Below the pieces are notes generated by a model. That model was not told the DNA's origin. It made no database searches and worked only from the letters and a program-made list of their open reading frames with translations. From the human T2T-CHM13v2.0 reference genome, Homo sapiens: a DNA stretch of 64,000 nt. Below, in pieces: positions 43,891 through 61,398 of this stretch; the stretch's first letter is position 1; every line of letters starts with the position of its first letter. Location: contig CP068257.2 of NCBI GenBank assembly GCA_009914755.4, positions 19,040,001-19,104,000 of the forward strand. Reading direction: 5' to 3'. Both the position numbers and the translations under genes were made by a program.

Positions 43891-44399
43891 TAGAAAAAAA
43901 GTACCGCCCAGGCGGAGGGAAGCAAAATAGAAGCTGATGCTGCCCAAGGTGATCACTCCCAGCCACCAGTTCTCAGCCAGTCCTCACTGCCTTTAGAACT
44001 GGGAATGGTGACTCTTAACCCTGGCAGCACGGAAGCACCATTTCTCCAGGCCCCATTTCAGAAAATGTTACTTTTAATTCTAAATGTGATTGTCCCATAG
44101 TATATATAAAGGCCACATTTTATAGTGTACAACTTGATCAATTTTCACAAGCTAACTCATACAATCTAGGAAACAGCTTTTCCTTGATTTGTAAGTTTTC
44201 TTTATTTGTTCTGGCTATGAGATTTCTACTGGATATATGAAATGTGAAAATCGTTTTGCACTTTGTAGTTTCAATTTTCACTCTCTTCATGTTTTTGATG
44301 AATCAATGTTCTTAATTTTAATATAGTTTAATTTGACACTTTACAAGTTTTGGACCCTGCTTCAGAAATTATTGCCTATTCAGAGGTCAAGGTTATCCC

Positions 44400-47200
<2,801 letters not shown>

Positions 47201-50200
47201 GTGGGCTTCAAGCAAGTGAATGTTTCAATATTGCCTCAGGTGCTTCTAATTTTCAGCCAGCTTTGAGAAGCTTCAGTTGAGAGATTAATGTCTTGGTCAT
47301 TGATGTAATCCTTAAATAGATGACAGTAATCCATTTAATGCACAAGTTTATACTAAACACACATCTCAGGATGTTCTGCAGAATAATCCATTGGCGTCTT
47401 ATTTTTTCAGTAAGACAGTTTTCCTGTAAATTTAATAATGCAAAGGCATACTTCCTTCATAGAAAAACATTATTTTCTCTCTAACATTACAACATTTCCT
47501 AAATGGTTAAAATAGTAAGGGAGCCTAATTCCATAAAATTTATCTTGAAAATTTCAACTGTTGGAAAAAAGATTCAAATACAGTATTCTTCTGTTGCTAA
47601 TTATTCAATAAATCACAAAAGGAATTCTTTATTGTGATTTATTTTTCTCACTAAATATTCTCAGCTTATGTTTAGTAGTAGCAACTCATCAAAAAAAATT
47701 TTTAAAAGGGAGAGTAAAAGAAGCAAAATGAAATCCCCAAATCAGGCAGGTGTAACTGGTAGCCTAACAGCAAAATTTGGCCCTCAGACATTTTTTGTTT
47801 GGCCTATAGAATTTTTTAAAACTTTGCCAATATTTTTAAACTGAGAGATGTTATATAAAAATGAAGATTCAAATTTTTTAAGATGTTAGAAACTTGATGG
47901 GACCACTACCATAATTTTATCAGCACCCCACTGCCTCCCATGTTGGAGGAAGCATCTGCATCCTAGTAGTTTTATCCACATAAGGATCTTGGTTGGCAGT
48001 GTGGGTAGATTATTTGCAAGCCCAGCTATAAATAAGTTCTATAATTTTAAGCATCCTAATTATCACCATTCATTCCACACTTTGTCAAGTGGAGTGTGTT
48101 TGGGGTGCTGATTGGGTGGAAGATATTATAGATCAATCTATAGTAGAGATTGTCAGAGAAAACTGCAAATAATATATGGAGAAATATGCATCAAACTTGT
48201 AAAATCATATGATTGGAGATATTTCTAACAAAGTTGTTAGTGGAATTTTAATTAGATAGATGTTAAATCTGAGGGTTTTTAATTAAAAAAACACAGATAT
48301 TAACACAATCCTGGTAGGCGGAGACATGGTGTTAGAAATAGGAGTAACAATGCAAAATAGACCTAGAAGAAAAAACTGGGACCTAGTTGTTGCCCTCTAA
48401 GAAATCTCCCTCCCTTCCCCAAGCTCCACGCCATTGAAGCAGAGCAGAAATAAAGAATTTCCCACAATAACCAACATACGTACATATTATATGGGTTTCT
48501 TGAAGTAGCCAGGAAGTTCACTATTTAAAATCCAGGGTCAATGTCATGTAGCATTTACTGTTAATAGAACTTAATGAACGTGTTTGGAATGATGACTATT
48601 GTAAAAGCATGCCATTTCATGGAATCAGAAAATTAGTTCAGAGAGAACTTGTAGGGAAGCTGACTTGATTATAAGCTTCTGAGTTATGTGGAATCTGTTT
48701 ATAACATCATTCTGGCTAAAAATATTGCTAGTCCCAATATCTAAGATAGAAATACATCTTCAGGGAGGAAGGGGTTAAACTGCCCCACAGCTGTGGCAAA
48801 ATAAATAGTTATTCGCATTATTTTCCAAGATGAGAGAAAGAATTTATTTTGGATTCTATTACTTCTTTAGATCCAGAGAAACACAGAGGACAACAGAATT
48901 TGGATATACTTTAGAACTAAAAGAAAATCCATAACCTGATTCCTCTGAGTCTGTGTAGATTCTAGAATGTATGTTAACTGAAAAAAAAAAAAAAAACAGA
49001 AAGCAATATTGTGAATACCAACAACTCTCTCTTTCATTAAGAAAAATGGATGAGATCAAGTCAGGGTTTAAGTGTAAGACAGAGAAAGAAACCTAATTAA
49101 AACGAGTGTAAAAGCATTCTAGATAATTCGACAAAAATGTTGAAACACGGAAGAGGGTTTCTCTTTATGAACCTTACAGATAAAGAATAATTTCTTTCCT
49201 AACTCATTGCAATTAACTTTAGCTGACAGGAAGGGAAAAAATAAAAAAAATATGTAGTACAAAAACATTTGAAAAAATACTACAGTTAATCTTTGGATAA
49301 CAGCACCAATGTAGCTTTAAAATTTGTTATAATACAGACTTTTTCCACCTTCATTTTATATAATTTACTAACATATATAGATAAGAAAAGTCTTTATAAT
49401 CCTCCAGCACTGTGTTTACTCACCCAGATAGTTCCAGGATTAACTATTGGAGGCCTCCACAGATGTCTATATCTTATTCTTTACCTTCCTTGAAACTGGA
49501 AACCATTCCCTGTGAAGAAATATTACGAAAAGTTACACAGATGGCCTTGAAACTTAAATATATAATTGGAATTTCTCTTTTCCTCACCAAGGAAAAGAAA
49601 CAGTTCTGGTTGGAGGTGGGAATAGCTAGTTATCCATGACCCAATTTATAGCTCTATTTCTAGCCCATTAAATTCTATATAGGCAAAAGTTTAAAACTAG
49701 TCCAAGAAGGCAAATGACATACTTTTAAGCACTTAAGAGAAATTACCAAGTTGTCTACTTTCTCAGTGTAGGACTATTATTTTTTGGGTTGTCTTTTTGT
49801 AAAAATTTTTAGTGTTGAACAAATAATAAAAGCAATTATACAATGAGTGAGCATTCCCTTAATCTATTCCTAAGAAAAATAATTTCTTGTGGTACAGCTT
49901 CATTTTCATATGAAAAAATTTTACTGATTTTTATAGGCCTTTTATAAATGAACATTTTGGAGAGAAAATGTGGAGCCCGGGGAAGCATGTCTCCAATAAT
50001 GCAAACAGTCTTTATTATAATAACTTCCTGGATTTTCTCATAGCTTAGACCCCTTTTTGTTTTTAATTGACGTTCTATTTATATTATGCTAACATAATTA
50101 CTCTTTGATATGATGAAAATTTGATGGCTGTTCTCTTTATCAAGATGTCAGGATTTTTTGGTATATAACACTTTGTCATACATACTTTAAAAAATGGATA

Positions 50201-51840
50201 CATGCCCACAGTCAACATGTAAGTCATTTTATTAGGAATACATTTGTTCATTAAGCCAATATTTATTGAGATCTTTTAATGAATCATAAACAACTCCAAA
50301 GAATTGCATGATCTAGAAAAGTAACCAGACAAGAAATATAAAATGAAATATACACATGGTATAGTACAGAAGAGATATTATTTGTTCAACTGGGCATGCC
50401 TCCCAAAGGGCATGTCTATGCTGAAATTTTAGAGTTGAGTGGTAATTAACACAGGAAAGATTTGGAGAGGCTGTTTGTGGTGATGAAGGCACAGAGGTGC
50501 AGGAGGATGGAATAGCTGTATGAATAACAAGTAGTCTGCTATGTTTGGCTGGCACAAGGGTCTGAGTGGTGGATTGGTAAGATCTGAGTTAACTAGGTCA
50601 TCCGAGACCAGCTCTCTAAAGACCAGGTGAAAAGTTTACAAGGAAGCTGTTGAAGAATTTTAAACAGAGAGTAACCATGTAAGATTGTATTTAAAAACTA
50701 ATCCAACAGCTGTCTTGAGAATTAAGATTGGAGGAGTTTGAGACAGTAGGCAGAGAAAAATAAGGCAGTGAAAAGGAGAGAAAGAGGGAGTGAGGTTTAT
50801 TACAGGGATGACAAGCACAATGGAAAGGATTTGGGTAGGGAGAAGAGAGAAAACTATACAAAATATTTATTGGGCAACAGACTGGGCTTAGTGGTGACTT
50901 CCTCTGAGGCAGAATATAAAAGAGGAAGAATAGGGTCTGGAGGGAAGACAGAGATGGGTTTTGGGGATACTAATGGATGTTTCAGTATGACCCCTAAGTG
51001 GATAATTAATCAGTTGTGATATTAAAAATATTTAATAACTAATGCAACAAAGGCAATGCTTAATACCGTGGATGTTGGCAAATTCCCTACCGTAAAATGC
51101 TGGAGGCTTCCTGACTTACCAAGCAGCAGGGAGGGAGAAAGAAACTTAACTGCTGTAAGGTTGGAAGGTCCATCACACCAGAGCTGGAGAACTGCCAGTC
51201 CAGACGGAAGGTACTTAAAGGGTGTGACAGCAGCTTTAAATGGCTTGTTAGTGCAGTTGACACCTTCGCAGCCATACCAGTACACCGGGATGAATACCAG
51301 CCTTGTACATGTGCATCTGCGTATCAGGAGAGCAACCTGTATTAGACATTGAGTTTTGGGAGCCTTTTCCCTTTGTGCCAGTTCCCAGAGTTCTTTGTAA
51401 GAAGACACTTCCTACTATTTCCATTTTATTATTCAATAATGGATGCTTTTACTCCATTTCTTACAGGTTTATTCCTAAAGAACAGGAGTTTCCCCTTTCT
51501 CCATGTTCATATTAAATTAATTAAGTGGTTCTTTTTTATCATAGTATCAAACACAGATTCAAAAATAAAACAAAGACAGACATTGATATGGCATTTTAAA
51601 GAGGATTCTTTTAATTTTCTATTTAGAATAATATTAAATAATGACTAAATATTATCTGCATTGTTTCTTACTATGTTCTTGATAATTTCTTTTATTTTTT
51701 TCATTTTCTCTTCTTTTTTAGAAAATCAAAACTTGTATAACCTAACAGCATGTTTCAGAAGCACCAAGCACTGTAAAGATTCTGAGATTGTATTCTTCTT
51801 GCAAGCTAACAAGTTAGACTGCCACTGTTTCATGAATTCT

Positions 51841-51935
51841 GGCAGAACATATGACACTCTTGAGTGAGGCACAAATACCTTTATGAGTCACAACAATTCC
51901 AGTAGCCAGAATATCAGCATTTTGTTGAGCAAGTT
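51841..51935 (-). other. candidate remnant of a retroviral env TM immunosuppressive-domain-like segment (decayed ERV interior); weak
   Basis: The minus-strand translation EKLAQQNADILATGIVVTHKGICASLKSVICSA loosely parallels gamma-type TM [13 protein letters not shown](K/Q)GG(L/I)CAAL(K/Q)E(E/K)CCF, sharing the motifs QN..D(I/L)L(A/T)(T/A), GIC/GLC, (S/A)LK and C..C. It contains indels and no intact ORF. Confidence 0.25.
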
Positions 51936-54900
51936 TCTCAAGCTCCAACTCCCAGAGGGCAAGCCAAAGACAGTAGGTGAAGCTCGCACACGAAGTGAGT
52001 TGTGTTAACAGCAGAAAAGCACAGAGTTTAGGGGAGCTAATTCTTCTATAAAAGCAGTAAGCATGCCTTCACCTTGCTCCAGAGGTAGACATTATTTTAC
52101 TTTACTGGACAGTAAACAAATCTGCCCTTTGTGCTTGAGGGAGATATTATTCCTATCTTCCAAGGCTGTGCATTGTACAAACATCATTGGAAGGAGTCCA
52201 GACCAACATGTACAGAAATAAAAGAGATCATAGGGGGATTGTCTTCGTATGTTATCTGCACATTCCTTTACTATCCTGACTTCTGGACAATTTCTCTGTA
52301 AGTACACCTCTTCATTGACCACTTCAGTTAAACTGTCCATTAGTAGCTGGGACCAAATCTGTTCAATTTGTTTCATTTAGCATTTAACTTAGGCCACTAT
52401 CAACACCACCTCAAGCAGCAGGATGAGGCCGTTCTGCATATTTAAACCACTCCCCAGCATCCTGGTCTTAACCAGTTGAACAAATCCCATAAGCCATCAG
52501 GGTCTACCTTGGAAAGCCATGCGACTTTCTCCTTAGGTTTCTGAATTGACTATTCCATAGGGCTGGAGACCTTAATCCTGAACAAAAGAATATATTAACA
52601 ATTACGGTCTCCACCTTTGCATGCAAGAAGGAATTTTAGGGCATTTTTAAATCTAAAATAGGTCACTGAATTGAGGCTGACCTGAAAATCTTCTAGGGCC
52701 AAGTAATATTTCCTTATACACTTGAAGTTCTCTTATGACCACATCTGACGAGCAAGACATCTTGTTTGCAGAAAGAAAAAAGTTAACAACTGGCTTCTAC
52801 TCAGGAAATATAGTTGAGTAGTTCTCAGCGTTCCCAGTTTAGCTTGAATAACTCGGTTTAATCCCTGTTTGCGGAGAGCCTGCTGGGGGCATTCAGTTCA
52901 AGCTATACCGTATACTGTATTCTATGTTATCAGCCGGATGGCATGCTTCTCCCCGGGGAATGACTAAGGAGCAGCTGTAAAAATAGGCATGAAGCAGAGA
53001 CAGTACACCTGTGTTGACAAGTTGCTTAGAAGATTCAGAAGAAGGAGCCATTCTTTGCAGTTTCTATAGATTTCTCCATAAGATTAAGGCAAATAGTGAT
53101 CTAATTGTGGACAGAGATGTCTGCTGGGCATAGCTAACCCAGCAGGTGGTTAAACTGAAACTTCTTGCAACAGTTCCAGAGAGAAGCCCCACAGTGATTC
53201 CTTCATGAGGAAGGCTCCAAAGGCAGATCTGAAAGATGAAGGTCACCGATATTCCTCCTTCCCCTACACCTCTCTCAGGATCTGATATACTTGTTATCTG
53301 GCACATTAGGTACCTGGTTGTTGCTCTCCCTCTACTACCACAAAGCCCATGTGCCACATTTTAGTAGAAATAATTTTACTTATTTTCTTGTCAGAATTTT
53401 TCTCTGGAAGAGTCAGGTGTACGAAGAGCAGGGACAGTTTTATAGAATTTACAGAGATTTGTTGTGTTCTCTACATTGGCTCACATTGCCAATAGTAGTG
53501 TATTGGACCAGATGATCACTATCTTTGTGATCTAGGATTATGCCAGTATTACAGGAGAATACAGGAAACTGAGCCAGAATTAAGCCTAATTTCCCTAGGC
53601 AGGCTCAGTGTGCATTCCAATCAGGCTGAATTGGTGTTACTTTTACAGGAAAAAAATGAAGCATCAGATCCAGAAATGGTAATGGCAGAAACCTGAAATG
53701 CTTATATATAACTTCTGACTTGTTTTGTCCTGATAATTACCCAGAAAGCACTTGAGAGTGGATTATTTCTTTCTGGTGATAGCTACATTCATTCACAAAA
53801 CTGCCCTGTATGTGAACCAAAAAGAGGTAAGGATGGTGGCAAACTTCTAATGTCAACTTTTAAAGAGGCCTTTCTAATGCTCAGAAAATACTAGATGACT
53901 GTGGATGAGAACAATGGGTGACCCACTGAATACCTTGACAATCACTTATTTTTTTAGTAGGTTTTGTGATAAAAGGCCCACCACTGCCAAATTTCAAATG
54001 GTCCAGAAAATTGAAAATGTGACCCATATTAGTTTCAGGAGCTACAGCGATTTGGCCTGAGCCAGCAGTTGGACTAGAGCTGCAACTCTCTAACCTAAAA
54101 AAGTGTCACTGATGCTGAGGCATGACTGATAGTTCCATATGGGGTTACATGCCTGATATATTCATTCCGCCAAGAATGGGCCAGTGCAATACTGCATGCC
54201 ATGCAGCTTCGTTACCTTGAGATAAAAGAAAAAGGTCAACATTTCTGGGGAGTCACAAATGTTGCATGTAGTGGTAGCCTCTGCAGTAGAAACACAGAGT
54301 TTTTATTTTGTATCTAGTCTAAAATGGTGGATGTGTTGTCACGCACAGGCATACAGGAAGCAATGGTAACAGTCTAGGCGGTTCTTGATTCCAATTGTTC
54401 TTATAAAAACTAGACCCTTATCGGGGGTATCTAGACGACTTACCCAGATCAGCATTCATGATTTGTTTTTGTTTGTGGTTTCAAAGAGGAGTGACTTTAA
54501 AATGCTAGTCTGCAGCTTTCCAAACAGCAGATCCAACACTAAGCTATTGGAATGGACCTAAGAGTCAGTGCTGGAGAAAGACATTATGTTTAAGATAATG
54601 GACTATAAATAACCCTGCACTGTGCTCCAGAAGGAGACACTATCTCTGTCTTCCAAGTCTGTTCACACTACAAACTTCATGAGACAATAGTCGAGAAGAA
54701 AGGCAGTCAGATGTGAAGAGATTTCCCAAGGAGAAATAGTGGACAGAGGCTTAACTATTCTGAGGACATAATCTATTAACTGCTTCATATGGTTGAAGTG
54801 CCCTAATTCCTTTTTTAACCAAGATAAGTGACAGTGACAACCACCAATTACAGCCTTTTATTCTCTAATTAGACCAGTGACAAGTGGGCATCCTCTATTT

Positions 54901-54968
54901 TCTAAGAGAATTTATTATAAGAGCTGAGCATATACTTTAAAATATATATAACTAAAAGAAATAATTTT

Positions 54969-55290
<322 letters not shown>

Positions 55291-56086
55291 CTATTCATCC
55301 TCTCTGTTTGTTATTATTTATATAAATTATCTTTTGCAAACTTAATATTTGAGTTCGTTTAGTAATATTTGTTCAAGGGTATAGTTGAACAAGCACAACA
55401 TATCCAGAGGAAGAAAGAATTGTCACATGAGGATGACCAAAAGACTTTCTAGAGTGAAAATAAAGGATTTTCCATGGATATCTAAGACATTCACTCATGC
55501 TAATAGTAGGTGTTCTATATTTCAAAGCAATAAATATTTTACATAATTAATGCTAAAATGGTTATTGTGCAACCATTCCTAGCTCCTGAGGTCTCCTATA
55601 TTATTTGAGCATGGGTCTTCTCATTTCAAAGGTAATTGGATGCTGATAGTTATTACAGAAAGGATGAATAAATTATCTCTTTCCAATGCAGTCATAATTT
55701 CAGCTTCCATCATGAACTTCCCTATTTAGCATCTACATTAGTTTGCTAGGGTTGTCATAACAAAATACTACAGAAATTTATTTTCTCGCAGTTCTACGGG
55801 GTTGAAGTTGAGAACAAGCTGTCATCAGATTTAGGTCCTTCTGAGGCCTCTCTCTCGGGTTTGCAGATGGCTGCCCTCCTGCTATGTCTTTACGTGGTTG
55901 TCTCTGTGAACACGTGTACCTTTGATGTTTCCTTGTGTGTCCAAATTCTTATTATGTGGACACTAGTCAAATTGGAGTAGGGCTCACATTAACAGCCTAA
56001 TTCAACCTTGATTACCTTTATAAAGATGCTGACTCCAAATATAGTGACAGACTGAGGTACTAGAGAGTTAGGACTTCAACATCTGA

Positions 56087-56434
<348 letters not shown>

Positions 56435-59124
56435 ATAAAGCATGTTTCTTTAAATATTAGCATTTGAGGTATTCATTTCACCGGTGTTACCACCTCTCAC
56501 ACACTAGGTATCAGGGCAATTTCCGTAACTGCAATGCACGGTCTCAGAGAAAGGACAATTAGAAGCCAAGAGTCGGCAAAGAAAGAAAAGGTGTGTTTTG
56601 CCCATCTTCCCATGATGCCTCAGAGAGACATGGGGAGTGGAGGCTGGGTGAGCTCCTGATCACACACATGGCTTTCTAGTCGAGTGAAGGGACCTTCGAT
56701 AAGGTAAGCATGAGAACAAACTGATTCAAAGAGGGATACACACGAGTTTCGGATTTGAGAGCCAGGCTGTCTGCACTGGTTGATAGCTTTTCTTTACAGT
56801 TATCTGAAAACAGGGGTATCTGGGAAATTTAATCCCTCTCAGCATCACAGCAAAATCAATGTCAGTGTAGTTGCTTCCATGAGAAGAGGAGCGGTGGCTG
56901 AGGTTCTGGGAAGCACACTTCAGACAAGGCCAAGGTCAAGGCCTGACTGATTCAGCCAGTAAAAACACAATGGCCTTTTTAGATTCAGACACTTTTATCA
57001 CTTACATAGACCATGCAAGTAAGTATAGCCAAAGATGCCCGCTCCCTAGCTCCTTATCCCACACACCAAACAGATGACACTGACATAAAAGTCACAGAAT
57101 CATCACAGTACCAGTTGTGGAAAACTCTGCTGAGATTCAGTTCTTGAATGCAAAATTCCTTTTATGATCTGCAACTATACCCCGAGATGGAGTGGGGACA
57201 TAAACCCTCAGAACCCCAGAAACAATGAGAAACTATTTCAAAATAGCCTCCCAGGGAAAAAGAGGATGATTTGGAAATGGCCCTGAGATAGAGCCTCACA
57301 AGCCTTCTATCTTTGCCTGTTGAGGGAAAATCACAAACTATTCCTCCAAGACTCGAGGAACAGTGTTTTAAGCCTTTGCCTGTATGGATATGTGGATAGG
57401 TGTAAGGTCTCCAGGCCACCATGCTGATGCTGTTCCCCTACAGATCTCCCTGGCTGACTGTCCATGAAGCACAGAGTGAAGATTCAGGGTCATTTTTAGA
57501 CAATCCTACCCTTTTATCCCTTTTATCACAGATATAGTAAATCAATAGTAAATAAGAAATCAACATCCACCCTGAATCATATGCAAAAGAAATGATTTCT
57601 GGGTATTGGTTTGAATTGCAAAATGCAATTTAAACATTCTGTAGTCATAATTTGATCCCCAGGTCACAACATAATTCATTTTAGGAAAAAAGAAATCAAG
57701 TGTAAGACTGAAAGCAAGGATGCATTAATCAGGGTTGCCTATTATTTCTTCCTTTGATCTCCCTGACCGTAATATTACTGACAGGAATTCAGTCATGCAG
57801 TGGGAGGTTACAGGGCCCTTTGTAAAAAAAACAAGTTTTGTAGATGTTTTAAATTTTAAAACACCACAGTCCTTTTAAAGTCATTTTGCACTTAAATTAT
57901 TCAATGTTGGCAGATAGTTTAAGTCATCTCATTAATGGCTGTATCTGTGGGTTGTTTTTTTCCTCTTTCATGTAAATCATAACACATTGTAATGATAGGG
58001 TAGGTCATGTAGGGTTTCTGGAGGCCAAAAACTTTGAAAGAAACACAAGGATTTTTAGAAATGGAAAGCTTCATTTTACATTTCACTCTGAAATATATAT
58101 TTAAAAAAACATGAGATTGGCATCCTCATACTCTGATTAAAATAGATTCTTTCAACAAAGTATCATTTTAGTTATGGCATGTATATTATCTGATTTTTTT
58201 TCAAAATATAAGAAACTTCAATTTATTTCCTGCAGTAACAGTATGTGATTTTTTAAAATACATATTCACACTGATAAATTAATATCATTAACCAAATGAT
58301 CATATAATTTTCATTCATCACCTTTGCATGTTAAAAAGAAAATATATTGCATCCTAATACCTTTCACTAAAATACTGCAGAAGTAGACAATGTTAATAAG
58401 TATAGTGCTCAGGAGGCATGAAAAGAGAGTACTGGGAGTCAGCTTGAGAATGCACAATAAGGATTAGTCACATTGCTTATTCTGCCTCATACTCCACAGC
58501 AGCTAACTAAATCTGTACTGTATTTGTCATTAACAACAAAACAAGCTCACAGTAGAAAAAGGAGAGAATCATTAAATGGTAGGAAAAGATATATATTGGT
58601 CATCTAATACAACAGTTTGTAATGAGAGGAGCAGAAATTCAAGGAATCTGCAGTATGATCCAGTGATTTGCTGAAAGAAAGTATTAGATATTTCAATCAC
58701 TTGTGATACATTGATTCCATTTTCATCTTATTTTTTATATTTTAAATGTGTAAATTTGTTTGTACAGGTAGTACATGAATATGATTATACATTATATAGT
58801 TGTACATGAATATAATTTATAAAGAATATTAATATGCTATATGTGTATGCTGAATTACTTTCGTTCTTGAAGATGAGAAAACAAGTAAGTTTAGGAACTG
58901 AAGGGATAATATATTTCTCTTCTTTTCGGCAAATCATTGAGTTATTCTTCATGTTGTGCCTGGAGAGGGAAAGGGCAAAAAAGGTCACGCTACTTATATT
59001 ACTTAGGACTGAGTATTCAAAGTGTATTAATGACAAAAATATTTTTAACCTCCAGTGAGCACAAAAGCCAATTGTTAACAAAATAAATACTTAACTGGCT
59101 TCTCACAAAAGTCAGATTTCAAAA

Positions 59125-59460
59125 TAGCACATGGTATTCATTTTTTACTGCTGCTATAACAAATGCCCACTAGTTTAGGGGCTTGAAAGGACACATATTT
59201 GTAGAATTTGATCCTTCTGGAGGGTAGAAGTCTGAAATGCATCACCAGGGCTCTGTCCTCTGCAGGATCCAGGGAGACTTTGCTTCCCTGCCCTTCCCGG
59301 TTTCCAGAGACTGCCTTTCTAGACGTCTTCAAAGCTAGAAGCGCAACATCTTCAAGTCTCATTCTCTACCCCTTTGCTTCTGTAATTACATTGTCTTCTG
59401 ACTTACCCCTTTGCTTCTGTAATTACATTGTCTTCTGACTTCAGAGGGGCCCACCTGGGT
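59125..59460 (+). mobile_element. MaLR/ERVL-type LTR fragment (MLT-like) with internal 37-bp tandem duplication
   Basis: tgctgctataacaaatgcccactagtttaggggcttgaaa ... cttctggagggtagaagtctgaaatgcatcaccagggctctgtcctctgcagg resembles the widespread tgctataacaaaataccatagactgggtggcttaaa...ttctggaggctgg LTR motif; acccctttgcttctgtaattacattgtcttctgactt occurs twice in tandem (59368-59441). Confidence 0.4.
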
Positions 59461-61031
59461 AATCTTGGTTAATCTCCTCGTTTAACTTTATCACAACTGC
59501 AAAGTTCCTCTTGCAATATCAACTAACAGTCACAGATTCTGGGGATTAAGACATGAACATCTCTGGAGACCATTATTCAGTCTTATAAGTCATTTTTAGC
59601 TTTCTGAAATCTTCCTGATCAAAAATATTTTCATTTTGTTCTAATATCCACTCAAAAACCTGTCTTTACTCTCTTCCTTCCATTAATCTCTTCAACAGTC
59701 ATTTAAAAATCAAGTTACTTTTCTACACTGAAAGTGTAATCAAAGTGTCAGTAATCAAAGTGTCAGCTTCAACATTTTCATTTCTTTGAAAATCCCAAGA
59801 AGACTTTGTTTGAACAAAGCATTCTTAAGTGATGGAAAATTTACTGAAGCTTTTGTAGAAAAGAAAGAAAAAGTTTACATTATACCTGCCCATTATGCAG
59901 CAAAAAACCTTAAATGTGTCTCCTAAAAGGGAAGCTCACCAGAAATCTGTGGCTTTCAACACCCCATGCTCTTCTTTCAACTCTTGCCTGGATGTAGGAG
60001 CACTTTAAGAAAGGAGCAAAATGCCCATTTAAATTACAGATGAGCTGGCTCAGTATGTGTTTACAAATCAAAAATAGATAGCAGCTTCTGTATGCTGCTT
60101 TCTGGGGTGATCATGAAAGACAGAGCTGGGGAAAATGCTCCCAGTGGGCAGAGTTTCAGGAGCAGCATCTTATCATGTACTTTATACACACAAAAAAGGA
60201 CCATGGTATTAGCAAGTCTATGGCCTTACGGCCAGAGGGTAAGGCCTGGCTAGTTGTTCAGAGGCTTAGAAAGAAAAGGATTGGAAAATATGAGGCAAAG
60301 AACTCAGGGTTAGAGGCATGAAGATAGACACATGGGAGTGGGCACAAACTATGATGATCTTTTTATAACATATTAACAGATACCAAAGAACATTTTGTCT
60401 CAGTTGTTGAATTAAATAACCAACTAGACAAAATGACTGGTAGGTTGACATCCATCAGCCTCTGCCGTTGACTGCTTCAGAATTAACACAATAGGCACGC
60501 AAAAGAAGTGGTCACTGTAGTAGACATGGAAAATATGAATGGGCCCAACAGAGAGGATTCTCACTTTTCATGGATAATCTAGCTATTTCCATTGCCAAAC
60601 AGCCAACCTGATAGCAATAAGCACTAAGGCTGACCCCTCACCACGGCACTATTCTTCTAGGCCACCATCCAGCCACTTGCTGGGAAAGTGACCACCTTAG
60701 GCTCTTTCATATACGGATAGCCACCAGTCTATTCTCACAGAAATATAAAAAGACATTCTGGAGATCGATTTCTCTTGCCCTAAGAGCCTCAACAAGCACC
60801 ACTATTTTACCATTTACGGTGTTTAATTTACTAGCCAGGATCCTGTCTAATATCACCTGAGATCAATGGACCCACTTTTCAGGATATAAGTAGGCCCTGA
60901 CCTTGAGATCCACTGCTCAGATCACATAAGATCACCACCCAGGACCTGCTGGCCTGATACAGAACTGAAGCAATGGCGGATACATTTCTGAATCCCCAGT
61001 CTAGAGGCCATATTCTGTGGAGATGAGATGC

Positions 61032-61398
61032 TGATATGGTTTGGGTCTGTGTCCCCACCCAAATCTCACCTTGAATTGTGATAGTCCCCATATATCATGG
61101 GAGGCACCTGGTGGGAGGCACCTGGTGGGAGGTAATTGAATTATGGGGGCGGGTTTTTCCCATACTGTTTTCGTGATAGTGAATAAGTCTCATGAGATCT
61201 GATGATTTTATAAACAGGAGTTCCCCTCCACATGTTCTCTCTTGCCTGCTGCCATGTAAGATGTGCCTTTTGCCTTCTGCCCTGATGGTGATGCCTCCCC
61301 AGCCATATGGAACGGTGAGTCCATTAAACCTCTTTTTCTTTATAAATTACCCAGTCTCTGGTATGTCTTTATTAGCAGCGTGAGAACAGACTACTATA
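61032..61398 (+). mobile_element. THE1/MST-type (MaLR) solo LTR with perfect 5-bp TSD GATGC
   Basis: tgatatggtttgggtctgtgtccccacccaaatctcaccttgaattgtgatagtccccatatatcatgggaggcacctggtgggagg ... gctgccatgtaagatgtgccttttgccttctgccctgatggtgatgcctccccagccatatggaacggtgagtccattaaacctctttttctttataaattacccagtctctggtatgtctttattagcagcgtgagaacagactactata; gatgc at 61027-61031 and 61399-61403. Confidence 0.85.

Noticed and set aside
51022-51408. 128-aa minus-strand ORF
   Set aside because: No recognisable protein motif. It lies in a region I suspect to be decayed retroelement interior or LTR. ORFs of this length occur by chance a few times per 64 kb.
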